Part shown: positions 37,331-47,639 of the stretch, piece after piece
Position numbering within the stretch: the stretch's first letter is position 1
How the letters are laid out: the number at the start of each line of letters is the position of its first letter
Origin: Lama guanicoe
Lineage: Eukaryota
NCBI GenBank assembly: GCA_013239625.1
Contig: MU053934.1
Location: forward strand, 7,585,352-7,649,351
Direction of reading: 5' to 3'
Length of the DNA: 64,000 nucleotides
Made by a program: the position numbers and the translations under genes
The notes under the pieces: generated by a model
Told to the model about the DNA's origin: nothing
What the model saw: only the letters and a program-made list of their open reading frames with translations
The model's database searches: none

Positions 37331-40098
37331 TCACTCAGTATTTGTGCGGCACCTGTGATAGGCCCTGGGCGATGACGGTGATGATGGCAAGAACAACATT
37401 TTGGAGCATTTGCTCTGTGCTGGGCTCTGGGATGAGCAGTTTACATGTGTGAGCCCATTTAATCTTCACGACTGTATGAGGTAGGGACTGTTTTTCTCTC
37501 CATTTTGTAGACGAGCCTCTCACAGGTTAAGCCACTTGCTCAAGGTCGCAGAACTGTCGGGGCTGGAGCTGCTGGACCAGGTTGAGGGAGGAAGACCGAG
37601 GCCCTGCCCCCAGGGGACATCCAGGCTCTTCAGGGGACTCTGGGACCAGGACCCCTGACCAAGGCCTCTCTGAGGAAATCCTGGCTTTGTTAAGGGGTGA
37701 AGGGTGAGTTTAGCCAGCTGGAGAGGACAAGGCAGTCCTGGCAGAAGGAGCCAGAACCTTGCAGCCAGGCTGCCTGTGTCCAGATCTCAGTACCACCCTC
37801 TCTCTGTGCTGGGCTTGGCAAGAGGCTTCACTTCTCTGTGACTCACTGTTCTCATCTGCAGGATGGGAGGATAGGAACACGCATCTCATAGGTGGGTGGT
37901 GAGGCTTAGAGAGACCTCTTATAACGTGTTGCATGCTCTGAACAGGCGCACAGCACTCGTTAGCTGGAGATCTCTGGGCACAGAGGTCCTCTGGGCGCAG
38001 ACCTGTGTGGCTGGAGCATGGGTAGGGCCCACAGGCCAGAGGTCCTCATTAGAGGAGCCATGGAAAGCCAGGGCCAGGGTTTCAAGAAGGGGCTTGATGT
38101 GATCAGCTTGCATTTGAGAAAATGTAGGATCTTCTGGGCTCCCGGAGCTGCCCTCTTTGCTCACTCTGGACACCCCTGGACCACAGATGCCCCAGTACCT
38201 GGGTAGCACTTGCTCACAGCAGCCGTCTGATACACAGGTATCAAATCGCACTGAATAATGGTTATAATAGTAACAGCGAATAGTAGCCGGGCACTTGGTA
38301 CCCGCCGGGCCCTGGGCTCAGACTCCCCAACCATTTAACCTGTACGGCTGCCCTGGGAGGTGGTGTTACTGTGATCAAACTCATTTTGCAGAAGAGGAAG
38401 CTGAGATTTAGAAAGGTTAGGAGGTTGGCTTAAGGTCACTCAGCAAGTCAGCACCACATGGGGACTCAAATCCGTGTTCAGATCGGGGCGGCTGGGGCCT
38501 GGCCCTCAGCTTCTGCTGCCCGAGGCCTCTCCCAGGGTTAATAAGACGGCACAACCCCGAGGCCGGGACACCCTGACTCACTCACCTCAGGGGTCTACCA
38601 CCCTGTGACCGCTGGGAGAGCACAGTTGCTTGAAAACAATTAACAGGACAAAGGACAGGAGCAAGTGCATCCAGTCCCGGGTGGATTTTTTTCCTTCCCA
38701 AGTGGAGCAGAGTGATATGTGTTATGAATCAGGATGCATTTTTTGTCCTTGCTGGGGAGGGGGAGGGAGCAGAGAAACTGCTGTTTATTGCACCTTGTAT
38801 GGGCATGATTGTTGAGATTTAAAAAAATTAATAATCCATTTCTCCTTTGCACATAATTAGAATGTTCTCCAGTCTCTAATTTTTGTCATTTTCTTAATCT
38901 AGTTTGTTTTCTGCCTGTATCGATTCTTCTTCCATGCGCAAAGCAAAGGGGATTTTTCTTCGTTTGACGTGACTGGGACTTGACCGTCCAGGAATCGTTT
39001 AAATTACGTTATTTTCTCCTTGGTTAAAGGCAGCGCAAATGGAATCATCAGAGGGTTTTAATGACCAAAAACTGAAACAAAACAGAATGAAACAAATCTT
39101 TGAGGTTTGTTTCTGTTTACGCAGTTTAAAAAAATAATTGCAAGAAAAAAGATGGTTTTTAGTGAGGAGGCGTTGGCTGTCGTGGCAAGTGTGTAAGTGT
39201 GCCGGGGTGGAATGGCATCTTATCCACGGCCCACGTTTCCGGAATTCCACCTAGCCCAGTTGAAATCAAAAAGGGACGTTTAAATCCAGCAACTAGAAAT
39301 CCAAACTGCACGTTCCAATGACAGAAATTTCAAATATACGTATAAGCATTGGTAAGCTGTGCTTCTGAGTGAATTCCAGGTTTGACTGGGAACAGCAGAA
39401 TCCCCGAGATCCTTATAAGGCATTTGGGAAAGTATTTTAAAAAGTAGATCCCCCTCCCCACCCCCACGGCCACCCCCTGAGCTGAGTCCGTGTTCAGCAA
39501 TCTTGCTGGGAAAATCCCTTCTCCAGGCGCTGCTAAAAGATGTCTTTAGGCGAAATGGATGTTGATGAAGGAATTTGCAGCCGCCGTCTCCACCTGCTCG
39601 GGCTTGTCGGGGTGTGGATGTGGGGTGGTGTGGGAGTGTGTGTGTGTTTAGGGGGGCTCTGTGGGGGGGGTAGGGGTTGGAGGTGAATCCTTCCTATTCC
39701 TCAATTCCGAAAAGTAAAACTTACTTTACCTGTTTACAGAATACCAACCATTGTCTTCCTCATCTCACGGTCACCCTGTGGTTTTTTGTCTAAGGCAAAA
39801 AAAAAAAAAAAAGTCTTAAGTATTTAAACATGTTGGACCATGCATGCATCCGTCCATGGCGTTGTGGGTTTTCTTTTTTTTTTTGGTCCCCTCCCTCCCT
39901 TCCCTTTTCTTTTTACCAAAGTATATTCATCAAACTGCTGAGTTGGAAAGATGTGTAATGAGTTTTTGAGCTGTAGGACTGTGTTTTTTTTCTCTCTCCC
40001 CCCCCGCCCCTCTCCCTCTTTCTAAATCTTCATCTGACATTAAATAAAGCAAATCCCAAACAGATTAACTGTCGCACGGTTCTGCTCCATCTCCTCAG

Positions 40099-40176
40099 TC
40101 TGTTCCCAGGTCTGGCTCGGGGCCGGGCGGCGGTGGCGGCGGCGGCGGGAGATGCCCGGGCGGCCAGCGGAGGTCC
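40099..40176 (+). other. MPPED1: 5' UTR portion of the first coding exon (acceptor at 40098/40099; alternative at 40109/40110)
   Basis: Branch-like TTAAC at 40065-40069, then a pyrimidine tract. The first AG is ctcctcAG (40097-98) and a second is ttcccAG|G (40108-09). Confidence 0.65.
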
Positions 40177-40400
40177 ATGTGGCGCGCTAGGTGGGACCCC
40201 GGCGTCCTGAAGGCGGAGGCCCTGGCCCTGCTGCCCTGCGGCCTGGGCATGGCGTTCTCCCAGTCCCACGTGATGGCCGCGCGGAGGCACCAGCACAGCC
40301 GGCTCCTCGTCGAGGTGGACGAGTACAGCTCCAACCCCACCCAGGCCTTCACCTTCTACAACATCAACCAGGGCCGCTTCCAGCCCCCGCACGTGCAGAT
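40177..40400 (+). CDS. MPPED1: MPPED1 first coding exon (74 codons + 2 nt)
   Basis: Translates MWRARWDPGVLKAEALALLPCGLGMAFSQSHVMAARRHQHSRLLVEVDEYSSNPTQAFTFYNINQGRFQPPHVQ(M), recognisable as the MPPED1 N-terminus. Donor AT|GTGAGT at 40400/40401 (phase 2). CpG-rich. Confidence 0.96.
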
Positions 40401-40574
40401 GTGAGTGGGCGGCAGGCGGGGGGACCGCCAGGCGGGAGGCGTGGGTGGCAGGGGCCGCTGGGGTGGGCTCCTGGACTTGGGGTGCCTCTGGGCCCGACGG
40501 GTTCATGCTCGTTGGCCGGAATGGTGCAGGAATCACGGGATCTGCCAGGCTCTGAGTTGGGAGGTTCATGTGAG

Positions 40575-40775
40575 GAGTTGCAGGGTCTTCGCCTGTGGGC
40601 CGGTTCTGGCCCGGAGTCTTGTTTCATTTGGCCAGGAGAGTGTTTTCCAAATATTTGAAAATGAGGTGATTGCACATAAAAATCCAGACTTCTGACTTTG
40701 CTGTACAAAACCTAAAGGCCCACATGGGTCCTCGTGGCAAGTCTGGAGGACTGAGTTCCAGCTGCCCCCTCTTGG
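40575..40775. mobile_element. MER102-like hAT remnant
   Basis: gcctgtgggcc...cacataaaaatccagacttctgac...cagctgccccct, the reverse counterpart of the copy at ~6.8 kb. Confidence 0.55.
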
Positions 40776-43700
40776 TACTTGGGTTAGTAACCCCTGGTCT
40801 GATTCACATTCCTCATTGTGTCGATGAGGACACTGAGGCCCAGAGAGGGGGTGGGACTTGCTGCAGGCCCCCTGGCAGGGCCAGACCCCAGTCATGGCCT
40901 GGCTGTCCTCCCTTCCCTCTGCCCCCCCTTTCTGCCCAGACCCCTTTGCTTCTATTGAAAAAGCAGAGGTGCTTTCCTAAAGGACTGGGGAGTTCTGCTG
41001 CCACCCTTTGGGGTTGATGGAAAATACCAGGGGTGCCCCAGCAATGAGGCCATGGCGAAAGCACAGACTCGGGACCCCTGTGCATGGGTAGAAACTTTCC
41101 ACTCCTTGGATTTTTTCCTGTGGTCCAGAGAGCTGCAGGTGGCATGGAATGGAAGGGGGTAAACTGCTGGCCCTGCCCTGGGCAGCTCTCTGTGTTGCTG
41201 GGAGATCCTCCTCCTTTGTCCCCACTGGCCCTCCCATCAGCCCTGCCCCGCAGGGCTTACCTTATGAGGAAATAGAACCCTAGACAGGTGACCCAGGCAA
41301 GCCCACACAGCTGGAAGGTGCCAGAGATGACACCCACCTCCAGTCCAGGGCTCTCTCCACGCTTAGCATCCTTTTGCTGTGACGTCTGCAGACGGACGGA
41401 CGTGCCTCTGTCTGAGGGTTTAGGCATTAATGTCTGCTCTGCTGTTGAACCTTCTCTCGGCCCCTTCGGGGTGCCCCTGTGCTGGGCCTGGGCCTCTGAC
41501 AAGCCCCTGATGAGGGGGGAGCCCCACAAGTCCCCAGTGACAGCACAGGAAGGTCAGAGCTGTGATAGGGATGCTCCTGAGCCGGAACAGACCCCCTGAC
41601 CACCAGGCTGGGTCAGGTGCCCTGTGAGGACACAGGCTCCAGCTTCCTCTAGGGAGCAGAGGTAATGCGGGTACTAGCCGCTGTCCTTTTACGGAGATGG
41701 CCTACTTAGAGAGGGGCCGCAGGGGTCTTCACACCCAGGCCTGGAGGTGAGCTGGGTAGGTTCCTGCTTCTTTTTACTGTGTGGTTCCCTCAGGACTGGT
41801 CCTCTGTTGTAAAGGGTGGGTGCAGAGAGGTTGTTTGTATGAGAAAGGGCTCTGGAAGCCAGGGGGGCAGCAAGCCTGGGGGTGGGTTCCAGCACCGGGA
41901 ACACCCTCTTCCCTGCAGCGCGTGCTCTGAAAAACGCTCGCTTCCGTGGCGGCTGCGGGCTGGCCTTGTCAGTAGCTGCTTACTTTAATTTTTGGTAGAT
42001 TTCTCTTTGGGAAACTGCTTCCAGTATCCATTTTGTAGCCTGATTGGTGGATTTGGATGGAAGGCCCTGGGTCTCAGGCACATTCTTCCTTGGTTTCTGG
42101 GACCTTGAGCCTGCTGTGGGGAAGGAGGCCTTCCTCTGTCCAGCGTTTTCTCCTCTTTTGTTGGGGTTGGTCATCGTAGGCTGGGAGTGACAGTGCCGGA
42201 GGTCCCTGGATGCCAGCAGGAATGGGCGAGAGCACCTTGCCCTCCGGCAGAGCAAGGGAGTTTGTGTGCCTGTGTCCGTGTGCCCGCCTGCTCAGAGGGC
42301 CCCTGGCACCATAGACATCGTATGGAGTAGAACCCTGCCGAGATGTCAGGGACCCCCACCTGGTCCTGGCGGACACCTCGGCAGCCCCCAGTCTCTGAAC
42401 AGAGCTCAGGCAACAGAGTCTGGAGAGAAGACAGCCGGGGGGCTGAGCATGGACCCTCTGGAGAAGATGACTTTTAATTTGAGACCCAGAGGAGGATGCG
42501 TTGGGCAAGGCCGAAGGAGTGACAGGATCTGAGCTGGGAGGGGGCCAGGATGTGGGGAAATGTGCCCTAGGCAGAGGGTGCCCAGGCAGGAGCCAAAAAG
42601 ACCCCTGGGGCCAGGCTGTGTCCTGAGGAAAGGCAGTGAATGACCAGATGAGAGCGGGGTGATTTCCCCAATTTAACAACTGCAGGTCATTCATTCATTC
42701 ATTCATTCATCTAGTCCGGATGTTTGTGAGCAGCTGTTTAATTGGGAATGTGGGCTCCAAGCTCACCTGCCTGGGTTGGAACCCTGGCTCTGCCACTCGT
42801 TTAGGGGTGTCTCTTGGTGGCCTCAGTTTCCTCACCTGTGTAATGCTGCTCATGGTGAGACTGAGGACTAAGCAGGTGAAGCTGCAGAAAGGGGAGCCAG
42901 TCCTCAAATGCTCCGTGTCGTTGGTGCCTGCTGGCCGGGTGAGGTGCTGGGACAGAGCAGTGATCGGAGGCAGACTCCTGCCACGCTGAGCTGACAATCC
43001 AGTGGGATATGTCACAAAAATTGTAGAAGTGTGCAACAGCGTACGATACTGGTGGTGATCAGTGCTGTGGAGGAAAACCTTAGTGGCTTTTCGTGGTCAC
43101 CCAGCTGGAGCGGGCAGAGCAGACTGACCCTGGCCTGCCCCACTCCATCTCCTGGCCTGCTCTGTGCTGTCTCCTCTGGAGGCCAGGGTTCCAGGCTCCC
43201 ATCAGCAGTGGGGCTCGGAGGCAGTGGGGGTTTGGGCAGGGCCCCCAGAGAGCATGCAGTGAGCCCCCGTTCTGGACTCCTCATCCAGTGCTCTCTCACC
43301 GCCCGCTCCAGTCACCTCAGCTTTGAAGTGCAACTTTGCACGAAGCTGGGGGAAGCCAGGGCCGGCAGGAGCTCGGTGGGGTGCTGCCGCCGCCCACTCC
43401 GCCTTCTTTCCACTCACACCCTAAGCGCAGGGGGAGCGCGGGTTTCCATGGAAAGCCGCCACGGAGGGGGATGCAGGAGGATGGATGCCACTTCCCGACA
43501 CGTGATTTATCGCCGCCCTGGGCTTTGTTTCTAGGGTGAGGGAGCGAGGGGCCTTATTTGATAAACCCACAGTTTATATTTAATCATGACAGTGACAGTC
43601 CAAACGTGGCCTCCGATCGAGCCGTGTGATTTATGCAGTTACCCCCAGGGACCCTGGTGGTAACAAGGCTACCGTTGCCTGAGGAATGACTGTCTGGATC

Positions 43701-44459
43701 TGGGCCTCTGGGTTTTAGGACCAAAGACCCCTTACCCTGGGGGCTGAGAAACTCTGGGGTGGCCTGGGGAGAGCCCCTCCAGACACCAGCACCTCCGACC
43801 TGGGTGGCCTGGTGCTCAGTGAGAAGACAAGAGCCTTGTTTGAGAGACAGGGTTACTCTGGGGGTCCGCCTTATAGATGTTTTGGGGTGCTGGTACCAGG
43901 CATGGCACCTGCTCTCTGTCCCTTAAAAGGAGTTCTGTTGGTGGAGACTGGAGGCAGCCCATTTAAAGACCTCCCAGGCAGGATCCAGGGCCCTGCAAAG
44001 AGGTCTCCGAGCCTGGGTGCCAGCCTAGGTCTGGACACCAATGGTCGTGTTCCCTATTCTGCACCATCCCTGCCACCACGAGTCCCCAGGGAAGATCCCA
44101 TGTTAGGCTGGGGAGAGGCGGGGAGAGGTTTCAGGTCTCAGGGGGAGAGCGCGCCGTAGCCTTGCGTGGGGCCACCTCAGCAGGCAGACGTTTTGAGGAC
44201 ACTGGTCTGGCCCCAAGCAAACCAGGAACGTTTGTCTCTGTACTTCTCTCTGGTCCCTGAAGAATATCACTGGGAAATAACCATTTCACTTTGTTTCTTC
44301 TAGTCGTAAGAAGGAGTGAAGTTAAATGCCCTAATTCCTGTGCTGAAGCCCCAGGTTCAAATTCTACTCTTGAACTTACTAGCCGGGGCCCTGGACGTGG
44401 GACTAACTTTTCCAGGCCTCAGTTACTTACTTCACAGGGCTGCTGTAACTCAGGGCTTG

Positions 44460-44700
44460 GCTAAGGTCTAGCCATTGCAAGTGTCAGAAACCCAATTTCA
44501 GTTACCTTAAGGGTAAAAGAGAGTTTATTGGCTCACATAATTAGCTAGGAAGTCCAGGTTTGGATCCAGCTTCAGGCACAGCTGGATCTAGGGCTCAAAT
44601 AATGCTGTGAAGCCCTCCCACCCTCTTACACGCTCTCTCTCTTTCTCTTTCTCCATATCTTGATTCTTCCTGCTCTTTTCCTTACTTCTAAACAAGGGCT
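44460..44700 (-). mobile_element. MLT1J/K-like MaLR LTR fragment
   Basis: gcaagtgtcagaaacccaatt...tttattggctcacataa...agcttcaggcacagctggatctagggctcaaataatg. Confidence 0.7.
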
Positions 44701-44859
44701 GGGTTTCTGGGAGCTGCAGGAGGTGGTCTCTGTGGGTGTCCTGTCCACAGGTATATCCCTGTGACTAGCTGGTGTTTGGTATTTAGGAAGCAATCAATAA
44801 GCATCTGTCCATAGATTAACTGGATGAGATGAAGTAGGGCTTGGAAATAGTCCAGACTG

Positions 44860-45100
44860 GTGTGAGTTCTGGGACTGAAAACCGGCTTTAAATTCCAGCT
44901 CCACCAGCTTCTATAGCTGAGATCCTGGGAAAGCTAGCCTTTTCTGGTCCTCAGTTTCCTCATCTATAAAATGGGCACACCCATAGCACCCTGCTCAGGC
45001 GGTCATTGTGAGGGCGAAGAGAGCTGATGCATGTAAAGTGCTTAGCACATAATGAGCTCTCAACCCCTGGGAATCTGCGACACTGTTGTTATTATTTCAA
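44860..45100 (+). mobile_element. MIR SINE
   Basis: cctcagtttcctcatctataaaatggg...catgtaaagtgcttagcaca. Confidence 0.8.
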
Positions 45101-46969
45101 GGTTGAGCATTTGTTACAATCCACATAGCTGGAGGACCACGCAGGGAAATGAGAGTCTATTTTTTTCCTCTGGGGATTATTAAGTTTTCATCCTCACTGA
45201 GCTCAGAAGCCCTGGGGTGGAGGGAAACAAGAGCAGAGTTAATTAAAGAGCTTGGGCTCCACCAGCAGCGCCCTCAGGATTCACGTGTGCTGGGCTGGCT
45301 GGCCTGCCCAGGGCTCCTCCACCAAGGGCATCTCAGGAGGAGAGACTGCTGGGGCCCGAGCTGGCCCTGGGGGTGGCATCTTGCTCCCTGTGTCTCCCTT
45401 CTGCTCTTTGACTTGGTCTCTGTTCCCTTGTGGGATCCTCCCAACCTCAGTATCTGTAAGGAGAATGAATGAATGAATGAATGTGATTTGCTCTCACATT
45501 CCTGTGCCAGGCCAGCAGCCCAGTAGAGACCGTCTGCCATGGTCCAATCAACCATGTTAGGGGCAGACAGGTGGATTCTCAGGCCAGCTGCCTGCGAGAC
45601 TCTCTGTCTCATGAGATGGGGAGAGGGACCCAGGGGACCAAGGAGTGGCAGGAATTCCTTGGGGGGTAGATTTGAGCTTCCAGACCAGCTCAGGTGTCAC
45701 CTCCTCCTGGAAAGTCCAGGGGCTTCAGGCCACGTTAGGGCCTTCTCTGGCCCCCAGCCCCTTTGCTGTCCTGCCAAGGCTGGTGGCTTTATTGTCACTG
45801 CCTGGCCATGTCTGTCTCCATCATGAGTCTGGGATCAGGCCTGGTTCATTCAGTTCCCCAGCTTTGAGCTCAGGGCTGGAGCCCAGTAGGTGTTCAGGAT
45901 GTATTGTGTTGAATGAATGAGGGAATGAATGAATGATTAAATGAATGAATGGATGGAGAGGGAAGGAATGGCTCCCAGCACCTTCCCATTGGTCATCATT
46001 AGATTCAGGAACTTTTCTTCTCCTCCCTGGTCGGGCCTAACTCTGACCTGCTGGGATTCTAGCTTGACTTAACTGCCCCCAGAAAGGGGCCCCGCGAGCC
46101 CCTCCCGATGCAGAGTGGTGATGGGGAGACGCGGGCGTGGGGCTGCGACAGCGGCGGATGGAGCTTGCTAATGCTCCCTGCACATTAGCATGCTGAACCC
46201 ACGTCTCTCGTGAGGTGTTAATTAAATTTCTTCGAAGTATATTGTCTGAAAAAAAAGGATAATTAGAAAGATGTCTTTAAAAGTATTTATGTAACTGATA
46301 TGGTACTGCTTTTGGGTTGCCGCATAATTAGATTTAAACACAACTCCTCGAGCGGCATACTCATTTGGAGAGAGCAGCTCGTTGAAATGTCATCGCGTTG
46401 TTTTTAAGAGTTTTGAGCCTGGCAGAACCATTTAGCAGAGAAGGCAGAGTGTGGCTCTCAGGGAGAGAGCACCGAATGGGGAGCAGGGAGCTGGATTCCT
46501 TCCCCACAGTCTGCATTTATTCCCTGTGGCACCCTGGCCACTTGCTCAGTGTCCTCATCTGTGGGACGAGGGGGCTACCAGGGGCTCCCGAGAACCAAGA
46601 ACTTACATTGGTGTAGCTCTTTTTAATTTTCTGAGTAGTTTTCTTTGTGAGGTAGCTCCATTTTACAGATGAGAAAACCAAGGCCAAGCATTTTGCTTAA
46701 GGTTACATGTTCGTGGTGAATGGCAGAGCTGGGATTTGAAGCCTGGTCTTCTGATTCCAGAACTGTTTTCCTGTACAACCTTGGAAAGTCCTTGCTCTTA
46801 ACATGATCGGACCATCTTAATAGTTGTGGAAAATTTCTGCCTATCTGAATTCAGTGCCTTTATTTCACAAGTTCCCAAGAAATGCCCCCTTTCACACATG
46901 ACTCTCCCTGGATACTGCTTGCGCTCTGCACGGCGCTGGAGAGTCCGTTCTTTGAGCTGGACAGTGGAC

Positions 46970-47178
46970 CTTAGTCCGTGCATCCTCAAGAGGGTGGAAA
47001 CTGGTTTTTTGCGGGTGGAAAGAATCTCACTCTTATTATAAAGCACAGCTACACATGCAGTAACTGAACAGGTATACAGTATATTTGCGGTATTCAAATT
47101 TCACTAGAGGGGTGAGTAGAAAAAAACATCTGAAAAGGTCCCTTAGGGGCTGATCACGAAAAAATGGTTGAGAGGCTC
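46970..47178. mobile_element. hAT-Charlie MITE (MER20B/MER119-like; subfamily uncertain)
   Basis: caagagggtggaaactggtt...tatacagtatatttgcggtattcaaatttca...ccttaggggctgatcacgaaaaaatggttgaga. Confidence 0.55.
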
Positions 47179-47457
47179 CTCTTGTCTCAGTGGTCGGACA
47201 AGTGCACATAGGGACAGTTGCCAAGCTTCCCACCCGTGACCTCCTTGAACTTCGCAGCAACCCTTGGGTGTTCCCGTGCTACAGAGGAGAAACTGAGGCT
47301 CGGGGAGAAAGTTTTGCCCGGCTAGTGAGCGAGAGGGTCAGAATTTGGACGCAGGCGGGCCTGTCGCGAAGGCTGGGTGTGAGCTCAGTGGATGGGATGA
47401 GAGCTGCAGGCTCCCAGCCCCGTGGCCCTGTGACCACATGATCTTCTCGCCCCGCAG

Positions 47458-47639
47458 GGTGGACCCCGTGCCTCATGATGCCCCCAAGCCGCCTGGCTAC
47501 ACCCGCTTTGTCTGTGTGTCTGACACCCACTCGAGGACGGACCCCATCCAGATGCCCTACGGTGACGTACTGATCCACGCCGGGGACTTCACGGAGCTGG
47601 GGCTCCCGAGTGAGGTGAAGAAATTCAACGAGTGGCTGG
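47458..47639 (+). CDS. MPPED1: MPPED1 second coding exon (182 nt), start of the metallophosphoesterase domain
   Basis: Acceptor cccgcAG|G completes the ATG split by the previous exon. Encodes VDPVPHDAPKPPGYTRFVCVSDTHSRTDPIQMPYGDVLIHAGDFTELGLPSEVKKFNEWL(G), with the calcineurin-like DxH and GDxx motifs. Donor G|GTAGGT at 47639/47640 (phase 1). Confidence 0.97.

Noticed and set aside
40030..40658. 179-aa antisense ORF and 155-aa alternative-frame ORF over the first coding exon
   Set aside because: Shadow ORFs of a coding exon with high GC at third codon positions.
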